NCBI RefSeq assembly: GCF_963506605.1
Contig: NC_083285.1
Span: 21,700,001-21,764,000, forward strand
Direction of reading: 5' to 3'
DNA length: 64,000 nucleotides
From: Zootoca vivipara
Lineage: Eukaryota
Position 1 is the first letter of the stretch; the number at the start of each line of letters is the position of its first letter. The notes under the pieces are model-generated. The model had not been told where the DNA came from. It searched no databases and was given only the letters and a program-made list of their open reading frames with translations. This document shows positions 12,915 to 24,541 of this stretch, one piece after another. The position numbers and the translations under genes were made by a program.

Positions 12915-13110
12915 GAGACCCACAGGTAAACAACAAATATTGAGGAACCCTAGTCAAAGAAGAAGCTTACTTCTAAGATAGAAGACATCCTAATTTCCAT
13001 AGGGGTGAGACACACAAGTAAATGACAAATATTAAGGAACTCTAGACAAATAAGATGCTTGATTCTAATATAGGAGACATCCTAATTGTCAAAAGGGTGA
13101 GATCCAGCAC
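12915..13110. repeat. Diverged 92-bp tandem duplication (2 units plus the start of a third)
   Basis: Units begin with gaga at 12915, 13007 and 13099. Shared colinear blocks caaatatt, aggaac, ctag, agacatcctaatt, gggtgaga. Confidence 0.85.
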
Positions 13111-14566
13111 AGGCAGGTTCTTCCACCTTCCAAGTCATTCCAGATGGGAATAAGCCTTAACAATTTTGAACCACATGCAATTGCTTAGAACTTAAAGGTG
13201 AGTTCCAGTATTAAATTTAATAGTGGAAATAGTAGTCACTGTCATCAAGTAGTAGTATTTATTATTTTATATAGTGTTCATGTTGGTAGGATAAGACAAC
13301 TGGTTGCTACCCCAAAGAGCTTACCAATTGGCAAGTCTATTCTACTTTTATTTGTGAAAATATTTGTAGCCCACCTTTTTTCAATCCCAAAAGGGATCTT
13401 CAAGGCTAATAGTCATAAACGGAACTACCAGCTACCATCAAAATACAATTAAAATATCCAAACTTTTCTAACAATAAATAGAGCATAGAGGATACTGAAA
13501 TTCTTCAGAAAGCATACTGGGCATTCCCCCACCTTAGTAAACAACAATTTCTTCACTTACCGGGAAAAGGGAAGGAGTTAGCTGAATGAAAACCATGAGT
13601 ATCACCACTGCAAAGGCCCAACCTAATATCAACCTTTCCTCAGCTGGGGGTGGGACATGGAACATATGGAGCTTGATTATTGGAGCATGTGTAGCCAATG
13701 AAACTGATGCAAAAGAGATGTTAGATTGCATTGTAAAAAAAAAAAAAGCTCCTGCACCAATTAAAGTTTGTGGGCTTTTTTCAAAAGCAACCACTGTGCA
13801 GCACACTGCAGTAATCGAATTAGATATTGCCAAGACATGTGCAACTGTAGCAAAGCCTACTTTTTCCCAGGAAAGAATGTAGCTGGCTCACCAGACTAAT
13901 AGGGGCAAAAAAGCAATCTTGGCCACAGACTTGTTCTTTAGGAACAAGGACAGATCCAACAGCACTCATGAACTTTGCACCCGATCCTTAAAAGTGGGGT
14001 GGAGATCAAGGGAGAGATGCAATCCGACTGTGCTTTTGTTACCTCACAGTTTATAAGCAGCCATTCCCAAATCTTAGGCGATGATTTAGGATTGCAACCT
14101 CCCTGGGACCAGATGGAAAGGGGGGGGGGGAGAGAGAGAGAGAGAGAGAGCTGGTTATCAGGTTTTTGGTGTTTGTTTGTTTGTTTTTGCTGTGTTCACA
14201 CTCTCTTTTACTCTGCACTCACTGTGTTTCCAGTTTTTAATCCATGTTCACACATGATCTAAAATGCATCCTGTACTTTTGTTATGAAATGCTGCCGTTT
14301 GTAAAATGCTACTGAATCTGACACCAGCGAAGCCAAGTTGATGTGAAAAGTTAGTAGGGGAAGGAGCTGTGTGTTGGTGGGGAGAACTTCACTGCATTCT
14401 AAGGCAGTAATTGAACACATCCTTAAACTGACACCACTGTTCCCACTCTGCTCTGGCAGTTTTAATGGCCAAACAAATGGCCATTCTGAGGAGGCTTGGA
14501 TCCATGGGCATGCACAATATTTTTTTTTGCAAAGTAAAAACACTGAAATAGGGAAGCAGTCAAATA

Positions 14567-14731
14567 CTGTATATTCCTGCATATAAGACTACTTTTTAAC
14601 CCAGGAACATCTTCTCAAAAGTCGGGGGTCGTCTGATACGCCGGGTCGTATTTCTTATATGGCGAGTATATCCCAAACTCTATATTTTAACTGGGAAAGT
14701 TGGGGGTCGTCTTATACGCCGGAATATACAG
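14567..14731. mobile_element. Tc1/mariner-superfamily (Tc2/pogo-like) MITE
   Basis: TA|ctgtatattcctgcatataagac ... gtcttatacgccggaatatacag|TA. Confidence 0.88.
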
Positions 14732-15048
14732 TAGCATAATATGTGAGGTTTAGAAATGCTATAAATTTACCTTTGAGAGAGAGAAGGGAGATGAAATATG
14801 AGGATAATGGTTCCTCCAGGGATGTACCTTCCCCCTATGGAAACCCATGTTTAGATCCACTAGATCCACAGCAATCTCATTCCCCAGAATGGGGAAGGGG
14901 GAAAGTACACCAACAAAGTACTGGAGCCACAGAGAGGGAAAATGTTGTAAGAGCAAAATGCAGCTAGAGACGATGAGAAGCAGAAGAGCAAGGGGGGGGG
15001 GAGAAGTGAGGCTCTTATCTTCTGCCCCATTTGTGTTAGTAAGTGGCA

Positions 15049-15049
<1 letters not shown>

Positions 15050-15097
<48 letters not shown>
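15050..15097. repeat. (CA)n microsatellite
   Basis: Perfect CA run. Confidence 0.97.
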
Positions 15098-15099
<2 letters not shown>

Positions 15100-15244
15100 T
15101 TGCTATTTTACTATGTTTTATACATGCTGTAAGCCACCCAGAGTGGCTGGGGAAACCCAGCCAGATGGGTGGGGTATTATATTATTATTATTAATAATAA
15201 GTGCTCTGAAAACAATGTGCTATGGAGAGAAGCTAGCAGCAAAA

Positions 15245-15290
<46 letters not shown>
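15245..15290. repeat. (TAT)n microsatellite followed by a short reverse LINE tail
   Basis: Perfect run, then tttataccccgccctcccc...ccgggct. Confidence 0.9.
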
Positions 15291-15292
<2 letters not shown>

Positions 15293-16602
15293 ATTTTTAT
15301 TTATACCCCGCCCTCCCCAGTGAGAGCCGGGCTTAAGACCGAGATTTGCTTAAGATCAAAGTGTGGCAAGTAGCTTATATATTTTAAAATAGCCATATTC
15401 ATTTGGTCAAGTGATAAAGTACCCCTTTTTGTTTTGTTTAATTAATCAGCATGGTTTCTGTACCTTTTTGTGAAGAAGATCAACCTTGTTCCTTTGTTTT
15501 ACTTAATGCGAATCCTTGTTTGGTCAAGTCCATCTCTGATTCCAAACATTAATCTTAAATTGGTTAATCTGCTTCTAAATATCAATTATCAATTATTATA
15601 ATTCCAAATATAAACATTTGTGTCACGCGTCATGAAGAGCAGGAGCTACAGAATTATAATTTGTTGGCAAATGTTACATTTTTAAAAAACTAATAACATA
15701 TACTAATAACAACAAACAAACAAAAGGCAGATCTCTTTGTGTATAGATACAGTAGGTATCTCAACAGGACAAGAAAACATCAGGGAATACAAACCAAGAA
15801 AATGTACAGCCTGCAGTGATTTATATGACTAGCTCAAATTTTGTTTTCAGTTGAAATTACAATTACACATGACTAAGTACACATTTCAGTAGGAATGGTT
15901 GGCAAGAGCTTGGTTTGAGCAAAATATTATGATACCTAAGCATGTTTATACAGGTACTTGAAAAAGCAGGAGTATTCCATATAAAACATTAACTAGTATT
16001 TCATCCTTTTAGGATAGCATCCTTATGTGTCAGTCGTATACAGCAGACAGGTATGTCTACAGTTCATAACAGAACTGCATTTCTTCAACCACATGATTTA
16101 TTTATTTTTTTACATTTGCTGAACTGAAAAGAAGTTCTGTCTTCATTTTACTTTATGAAACTATAATTAATAAGAAAACTCTCCAATTGTCCTGAGTTGC
16201 AAGTGTCTTAGCCAATGGCAAATTGAATCACCACAGAAAGACTTATTTAAGAAACCAGGGATTCAGACTGACGAATGTCTCCCTCTAGTCTTGTTAGGGA
16301 GCACAAATAATGAACTCTGGTTCATGCCCTGTTAAGAACTTCCTCCCTGTGCATCAAGATAAATAATTCAAGACAGATATATATTTTCCATTAGCAGGAA
16401 GAATAGGTGGTTCCTCTTACCCTCCAAACCAAGAAATGGTGGGCAAATAAGAGAAGAAATGTAAATTAGATTTTTAGCACAGAAACAAATCATTGCCACG
16501 TTTGGGCATGAATATTTTTTATCCTTCTTCTAATAGCTATTCCTGGGAACTTCCTCAACTCCAAAGATCTGTGAGGCAATATCTGAAAAGTCATTCCAGT
16601 TG

Positions 16603-16962
16603 CATACACTCCAATATTTCTCTGATGAAAATAGGGACTTCCTATTCAACAACAACAATTTGTTTATTTATATCCCAACCATCTGAATAGGTTGCCCGAG
16701 CCACTCTGGTTGGCTTCTAACATATATAAAAACACAATGAAACATTAAACATTTAAATACTTCCCTTCAGGTGTCTTCTAAAGGTTGCATATTTACTGAT
16801 CTCCTTGGCTCAGAGGTTGCATAACTCCATATCCTCCAACATTTCTCTGATGAAAATTAAGATGTCCTAAGGAAAAGTGGGACATTTTGGGATCAAATCA
16901 GAAACTGGGACGGCTTCTGTAAGACTGGGACTGTCCCTAGGAAATAAGAACATTTTGGAGAC
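16603..16962 (-). mobile_element. Composite hAT-like element with a duplicated end and an internal LINE-tail fragment
   Basis: End motif cata..ctccaa.atttctctgatgaaaat occurs at ~16603 and ~16828, flanking a reverse LINE tail at ~16646-16815. The body is homologous to 61280-61440. Confidence 0.7.
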
Positions 16963-17344
16963 TCTCACTAGAAGGGGAAAGTCAGAAATGCCTGTGCTTA
17001 TGCAGAAGAATGATGTACGTGCATGCAGCTTCATTCTTAAAAGTACTTTCAAATATCCCCTTACATTTCAGAATATCTGCGAGGGATTTCCTCAACCCCC
17101 ACAAACTGAGCATAAACAACTGCCATATTTGAACAACTGCCAAAGCTTAAACAACTCCAGCAGGCCTTATTTGAGCCCAGCCTCATCCCACCAACAGTCT
17201 TGGGCCCTGCCTTACCAAGTGGTACTATAAGATGGCTGTAAAGCCACCATTTTAACCTGGCCAGAGTGCTCCACAGGGCATTATGGGTAATCAGTCATGG
17301 GCAGCTCCGCCTGCCTCAGATTATGGTGCTGCTACTGCTCACTG

Positions 17345-17783
17345 GTTTTCCCAGTAGTGATGTATGGAATTGAGAGCTGGACCATAAAGAAGGCTGATCG
17401 CCGAAGAATTGATGCTTTTGAATTAGGGTGCTGGAGGAGACTGTTGAGAGTCCCATGGACTGCAAGGAGATCAAACCTATCCATTCTGAAGGAAATCAGC
17501 CCTGAGTGCTCACTGGAAGGACAGATCCTGAAGCTGAGGCTCCAATACTTTGGCCACCTCACAAGAAGAGAAGACTCCCTGGAAAAGACCCTGATGTTGG
17601 GAAAGATGGAGGGCACAAGGAGAAGGGGATGACAGAGGATGAGATGGTTGGACAGTGTTCTTGAAACTACCAACATGAGTCGGACCAAACTTCAGGAGGC
17701 AGTGGAAGACAGGAGTGCCTGGCATGCTCTGGTCCATGGGGTCACGAAGAGTCGGACACAACTAAACAACTAAACAACAACAA
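17345..17783 (+). mobile_element. Bov-B (RTE clade) LINE 3' fragment
   Basis: Peptide VFPVVMYGIESWTIKKADRRRIDAFEL.CWRRLLRVPWTARRSN.SILKEI...KLRLQYFGH. Tail ggggtcacgaagagtcggacac...(caa)n. Probable TSD gctcactg at 17337-17344 and 17786-17793. Confidence 0.95.
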
Positions 17784-18935
17784 CCGCTCACTGCAGTACC
17801 TACTTACCAAGGGGGTACCACTGTTAAAGGAGGTCCATCAGAGGCACTGAGTTAGGAAACACCTGACCACCCATATCCGAAACTGACCCTTGGTATACCA
17901 TAAACTACCAATCCTGAAATATCTGTCATACAATCACCAAGAAGATGACATAGTAATCCCAATTTTTAACTTAAAAGAAAATGTCAAGGTAAGATCGGAA
18001 CAGCTTCAATCTGGCATGAATCTATTCCAGCTATACTGTCCTTTCTTATTTCCACAATCTGTGACATTTCTCACATTTATGCCCCATCACCATCACCCCT
18101 TTGCAGCATTTCTCACCTTCGTGTCTTTCTCCATTCTCATTTTGCTTACTCAATCACACTTGGCTGCTTTTTTTCTGGCTTTTAAAGTACTGAGTGTGCT
18201 CATGTAGCAGATTCCCTGAAGAATTCCACTTCCTCCCAACGACTAAATCATAGCGTGGCTCGTCACACTGAAGTTTCATCACAGAAGCTGCATCTGCAAA
18301 GATGTTGGGTTAGATGTTGAACAATCCACAACAGAGGTCATTAAGTACATAAGAAGTGCTTGTTGGATCAGCCGAATGGCCCATCTACTCCAGCATACTG
18401 CTCTCACATGCAAGCAGGATTCAAGCAAAAGAGCACTCTCCCCTCTGGTGGTTTCCAACAGCTGGTAATATTAGTTAGATTTGTCAGTCAATCAAACATT
18501 ACAAAATTGAAAGACTCCAGAGATTCTTATTGTGTATTTGATCTCCCCTAAAGTTCCCTTATCATGCCTCAGGTTATGTGTAAAATGGGGTGGCAGAAGG
18601 ATTGTGTTAGAAGATAGCGAGCATCAAGGATTAATGCTTACAAATCTTCAATTTTTTGTTAGTCCGACATAAAGGATGGTATGGCCTATCCCAGGAGTTC
18701 TTCCTGGGACCCACTTGAGAGGGCTAAGAATTACTGAGGCCCAGGAGACACAAAACTGGTAGGTCTCAGTTTCAAGGATGGAGCCAATCACAAAATGGTG
18801 GTACTTGGAAGCAGAGTTTAATATAATCAGTTGGTAATCATCAGATGGGCTGTGTCACTGAGGTCCAATCTGTTCCACTGTTTGAGAAATGGGGACTTTG
18901 CCTCATCACAGAGTATGCTAGTGCACTGCTTAGAA

Positions 18936-19187
18936 CAGAAGTCCCCAAACTAAGGCCCGGGGGCCGGATGCGGCCCAATCGCCTTCTAAATCCAGCCCGT
19001 GGACGGTCCGGGAATCAGCATGTTTTAACATGAGTAGAATGTGTCCTTTTATTTAAAATGCATCTCTGGATTATTTGTGGGGCATAGGAATTTGTTCAAT
19101 TTTTTTCTTTCAAAATATAGTCCAGCCCCCCACAAGGTCTGAGGGACAGTGGACCGGCCCCCTGCTGAAAAAGTTTGCTGACCCCTG
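18936..19187. mobile_element. hAT-Charlie-type non-autonomous element (OC1-like from memory)
   Basis: TIRs cagaagtccccaaact / agtttgctgacccctg. Exact 8-bp TSD gcttagaa at 18928-18935 and 19188-19195. Confidence 0.9.
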
Positions 19188-19196
19188 GCTTAGAAC

Positions 19197-19448
19197 CAGT
19201 GGTGGAGCTTCATGCTCCGCCACTTGGGGCAGAGAGCAGGCGTGCTGCCCCCAGGGACGTGGCGCGCGTTCTGGGGGCGGGGCGCATCACACGTTTTGGG
19301 GGCAGGCCACACGTTTTGGGGACGGGCCGCGTCGTACATTTTGGGGGCAGGGCGCGCCATGTGCAGGGGTGGGGTGTGCATTTTGGGGGCGGGGTTGGCA
19401 GCCACGATGGCGCCCCACTCCCACCACCCCTATTTTCCTACGCCCCTG
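19197..19448. mobile_element. GC-rich hAT-type element (CAGTGGCGGAG family)
   Basis: Termini cagtggtggag / cctacgcccctg. TSD cttagaac (19189-19196) / cttagaag (19449-19456). Internal ttttgggggc repeats. Confidence 0.82.
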
Positions 19449-20868
19449 CTTAGAAGCAGGGAATATAGCTTTTGATATGTTTTAAAGAGACTGCTGTGCC
19501 TAAAGAACAAGAAAAAAAAGCAGACTATCCTTTCGATAATGAGACCATCTCAAGCCTCAACGCACACACAGACACAACAATACTCAGTTTAAAATGCTGT
19601 GTTTTGTTTCAGATGTAAAATCTGGTATATAAATTGCATATAAGTTGTCTTAATACATGCTCAGCAGCACCCCTCTAAAAGTGGACTTCTGGGGATATGA
19701 ACGTTATCTGTCCAAAACAGAGAAATAACCAGCTAAAAGGATGGAGAACATCTGGGTTTAAAGGAGGCAGAAACATAAAGCAGATTCAGATTAGGCAGGT
19801 GCATTCATAAAGCAGTTGACTCTAGGCAGATTTCTATTTTAATACATAAACAGTGCCAAGGTTCCAGGCCAATAGAACTTTTAGGAAACAAATGCTACAT
19901 AGGGAGAGACATTTTGCCATGTTTAGGTACCCTGTGATCCTTACTGAATGCATGTACAATAATAATTGATCATGATGACAATGGAGAGATTCCACTGGGA
20001 TGCACTCCTGGGGACAAGACGTTTGAAACAAACGGCAGCTGTGTGGGAACATAGTCCTTCTTGCCAGATTAGCACAACTGGATTTTATTCCTAGCTCAAT
20101 TAAAATGTAAAACAAAAAAGTATTCTAAATAGGATCCACAAAAGCCTTTCACTCATCCCAATATTTATCTTTTGACTCCTGGCAATTGAGCAATTTACTA
20201 GCAGCCTACTTGCTATTGACACAGGAATCTGAACAGAAGGTAAGGATTATTTTTTTGGACTAAAATGTTCAGTGCAAACCCACCCAAGTTTATTTGATCT
20301 GTAGCAACACAGATGCGAATTGTTTGGAAAGCAGTCCCTCTTTTCGCAGGGATCCCCCAGGAGATAAAGCCATACACAGAAAATTATTTCAGAGTGAAAT
20401 GAAGCACTTCTGCAACTTTTTAATGCTCCACTGACTATGCTGGGATCACTCTGGATAAAACTTTCCCAACCTGGTTCCCTCCAAATGTTATTGGACTAGA
20501 TCACCCTCATCATCCCTGACAATTGGCCTTGCTGCCTGGGGCTGCAGTTCAAGGCATCTAAAGGGCATCAGATTAGAAAAGGCTGCTTTGGAGCAAATAT
20601 ATTGGGCTGCAAAGTGCTCTAAAACCAATTATGGTGATGGTGACAATGACATCAAAAGAGTTTAGGTGGATTGTTCAGAATCTAGCAAAGAACAGGAGCC
20701 AAACGGCACATCAAGTTAAATGTGTCTTTGCATCCAAGGTAAAAGTGTTTTAAAATTGCATGATCTAGAGCTGGGAAGTATGCCTATTACCGTAGTTATC
20801 CATCCTGCACCACCATCTGATATAATTTGCAGGGAGGGGGTGTTTTTTGAAAGCGGAAACATTGCATG

Positions 20869-21002
20869 NNNNNNNNNNNNNNNNNNNNNNNNNNNNNNNN
20901 NNNNNNNNNNNNNNNNNNNNNNNNNNNNNNNNNNNNNNNNNNNNNNNNNNNNNNNNNNNNNNNNNNNNNNNNNNNNNNNNNNNNNNNNNNNNNNNNNNNN
21001 NN
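20869..21002. other. Assembly gap (134 N)
   Basis: Run of n characters. Confidence 1.
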
Positions 21003-21599
21003 CACAGGACAGGGAGAAGTGGGGATCTGTGTGCTATTCTGACTCATTTCAGTTGCCTTCCAACTCTGAAAAGGCACCTTTCTCTGCTCATAGAGTCTCC
21101 CTGCACACATCAGTTCCCCGATCTTTCAGTGTTGTAACACTGGACCCCTCGAGCCTAAAGAAGGCTTCCCGCTTCAGATAATCACCTTCCAATCCAGGGA
21201 AGGAGAAACAGACGGCAACAGAAGAGGCGCAAAGCTAATATTCTCATCACACTATTCCCATCCATGTGTTTACACTGCCCCCTCATAAAAACCTGAACTC
21301 CAGGGCCAGACTCTGCTGAGACTAATGTATGACAAATTATGAATGGAATTCTGAGACGTAGCTTTCAAGCAATATGCAGTTCTTCTTTAGAGCAAAGTAA
21401 TCAGGGCATTAATTTTTGCAAAAAGGAGAGCAGATTAGCTGGCGCAAGCAAAGGAATTTTGTTCAAGATGACGTTACACAGCAATATTTAAGTTCCACTG
21501 TCAAACACCTCATGCTATCTCACTATGGTTTATTTTGTCTTTTTTGTTGTGTGTTGAGCAAAAATAAATAAATAAAACACACACACACACACCTCGTGC

Positions 21600-21945
21600 T
21601 ATCAAGCTGTTCTTCCTAAATCCTGTTGTTTTGCAATTTGAACCTGGAAGATCCCTTGGAAGTACAGAGAAACACACTTGCTGAAACATCTATGGGACAG
21701 CCCTTCAGATATTTAAAGATGGTTGTCCTATCTCTTTTCCAGACTAAACATATTAAGCTCCTTTAACCAGTGCTAGTTTTCTAGAAAATGAGGTGCCGGA
21801 ACTCACCATGAACTCTTCTCTTTAACTTTTAATACCCCTCACTGGACCCAGAACTCCAAGTGAGGCTTGACAAAAAGCAGAATAGAGCATTGCCAGGAGA
21901 TCTCACAAGATGGACCATATGCTTCTGTCAATGCAACCTAGAATG
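21600..21945 (-). mobile_element. Old CR1 fragment with an internal DNA-transposon piece
   Basis: Resembles 33380-33920 (ccagactaaacata, actggac.cag.actcca.gtgagg). The piece at 21769-21815 matches the 42863 element. Confidence 0.65.
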
Positions 21946-23815
21946 TTGTGCTTTTATTTTAATATTTACCCTTCTTTGTAGAATGGCTAGAGAGTGATAG
22001 CTACTAGGTGCGCAATAAATGTATAGTTAAAAACAAATAACATTAGCAATTTCAATGAAATAATAAAAGAAAGAAGTTGAGGTGTTTGACATTTTGAAGG
22101 CTGTGATTAATTATATTAAATAATGTGATGTGATTTTCAGCGCACAATTCCTTTGAACAAGGTTATTTTCCATCAACTCAATAGGCAAATAAACAGCACT
22201 GCCCTTCCCGCCCCCCCATAGTGAATCACAAGCACTCCTCAGCAGGTACGTTGAATAGTCAATGGTATTTCAATTCTTGCCACAAAGGAAAACAACCAGA
22301 AGCAAAGTTGAAACCTCACTAGTGCCCTAAAGGAAATTATAATTGCTTGATATGTGACAGCAGAGCCCAGAGACAAGGAATATATTGCTTCTAGTCATGC
22401 ACAGCACCAATAGCAAAAGCTGAGCATAATCTAAGCAGATATTCACAGGATTGCCATTATATTATTGCTATTTTGACCTACTAGTTGTATTGTAATCATG
22501 AAAAAATATCTATTTCTAACTGAGTGCAAGATGGGCAGATGTGAAACATGAGGAACTGGCCGGGCTGCAAGATTGGCAACGATCATTCTAATCTCTGTAT
22601 TGTTCCCCTTTTGATAGAAGTGCTGCTAAGGTGTGTTAAGGAATCATTAACAAAGGCAGAAACTCTCATCCCAGTCATGTTGCCAAATAAGTGTCCTCTG
22701 AGAGGGTCCCCTCGCCTGCCAGATGCGGCGTTTGTGGGGAACATGTAAGATGAGGAGAGGAGAAGATTGTTTTCTTTATTAACTCCCCACATGAGTTCCT
22801 TGAAGTTAGAGCTGTGCAACTGCTCTGGCTGAATCAGGCTCATCCCAGTTGACCGGGGATTCCGTCTCAGTGCACTGAGGGAGCCCCAGAGAGCTGCAGG
22901 TTGGAATTCTTGCACTCAGAGCAATCCAAGGTCTTTTTTTGGCAGTGGTAAATGTATCAGGAGAGGAGGGGAGACAGAGACGCAGGCGGGCTTATTGTGT
23001 GTCCTTCTCACCCCTCCAACTTTATGTTTCATCAGGGTTTACAATACTCTGCAAACCCACCCCCATCCAATTTGGTTTGAGACAGAGATCTGAGTTGTGT
23101 TGGCCCCTGATCAGAGTGGGGCCACTCCAAAGTGCTGATTTGGTTCGAGGCAGGGCGTGCACAGCAGCACTCGAAAGTAACAGCTAAGAATATATTAATC
23201 AGTCACAATAAACTCAGAGATTTATTAAGACATTTTGGACGTCCTTTATAGATCATCCAGCTTGACCTTTTATTCAGAACGAGATCCATCAGCAGTTATT
23301 GATAAGCAAAATACAGGCATTTGATCTAATTGCCTCATTTCCTCAGGACACAAGTCTATCTTTTGACTAATGGTGCTCAGTAAGATGACAGTGTGAGGGA
23401 GGCAGTGAAAAGGGTGAATGGGCAGTTCACCGTGGCATATATGCTCCGAGCTCTCCTGAATAGATAGAACCAAGCTGACATTTCTCAGAAAACATTCGTC
23501 TGAGAAAATGCATAATATTTATTTTCTCTCCCCTTTTCACCTAAGGGGAAAAGGGCTAGTTTGCAGAATTTTCTCCCAATATTTCCTACCATTTTTTAAA
23601 ATGTGGTGACCTCCTTCCTCTGCGTCTCTGAATTTGCAGAAACAACACAAGCAGTGAAGCACTGTGGAGGCTGCTGCTTGTGGTACCAAAAAAAAAAAAA
23701 AAACACCACCCCCAAACAAAATGAAGAACCCCGAGATTTGTACTCAGCTAATTTTACTCAGAGTAGATCCATTAATATTAATGGACCTAAATTAGTTGTG
23801 GCCATTAACTTCACT

Positions 23816-24033
23816 TCTTCTTCTTTGGTGATCACTCATATCCAAGTAAGATTGTCTTCCATAAACACGGTTTTAACCATGGGTCCGTAAGTGACTGTGG
23901 AGGCCAATTATGGATCCACACGTCCTTCCACAGTGGGGACATTGGTTTCCGGGTGGGAGTTGATCACGGTGTGGATTTGCCAAGCGCGCCTTCCTCTTAG
24001 CACATTTCCCCCTTACGTCTTGAGATTGAGTGT
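23816..24033 (-). mobile_element. RTE-clade LINE 3' end with a (GAA)n tail
   Basis: Manual minus-strand translation gives KRKARLANPHRDQLPPGNQCPHCGRTCGSIIGLHSHLRTHG*, the C-terminal C2H2 finger (C..CGR.C.S.IGL.SH.R.H) of RTE ORFs. Flanked by cttcact on both sides. Confidence 0.85.
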
Positions 24034-24384
24034 CTTCACTAGGCCCACTCTGAGTATGTTAGTTGAATAGAACTCTTAGGTGAAAAGAGGAGTCTGGGCT
24101 AGTGCTACTGCTTCCTGTGATCTCTATCCCAGAGAAACTATTCAGTTTTCTTCCTCACCCTGCAGAAATCCAGTGAGATGCTCATTGCAATTTCTCTGCC
24201 CACAACTAGTGGGGAGAATCCTGACATGCCATTTGTGCAATTTGCGTTTGTGTGGTGCAGTGGTTTATGCTGAGAGAGAGGGACCAGCCCAACGTCACCC
24301 AACAAGCTTCATACATATATGGAGATTTGAAATCTAGTCTCCCATGCCATAGCCCAAACACTATGATCCAGGAGACCAGGATTC

Positions 24385-24540
24385 ACAGGGTGACCCTTGG
24401 GCCAATCGCTCCTTCTCAGCCTTACAGTGTTGTTAGGATAAAATGGAGATGAGGGAGAACCATATAGGCCACCTTGAGCTCCTCGGAGGACTACTACTAC
24501 TACTAATAATAATAATAATGACAATAATAATAAAAATAAT
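24385..24540 (+). mobile_element. Old MIR-like/core SINE fragment with a simple-repeat tail
   Basis: gggtgacccttgggccaatc...gttgttaggataaaatggag...ccaccttgagctcct. Homologous to 57290-57410. Confidence 0.55.
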
Positions 24541-24541
24541 A

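Noticed and set aside
13586-13882. Plus-strand 98-aa ORF as a gene or viral insert
   Set aside because: No recognisable motif, and the poly-Lys comes from a homopolymer run.
20720-21181. ORFs spanning the X run
   Set aside because: Artefact of the N gap.
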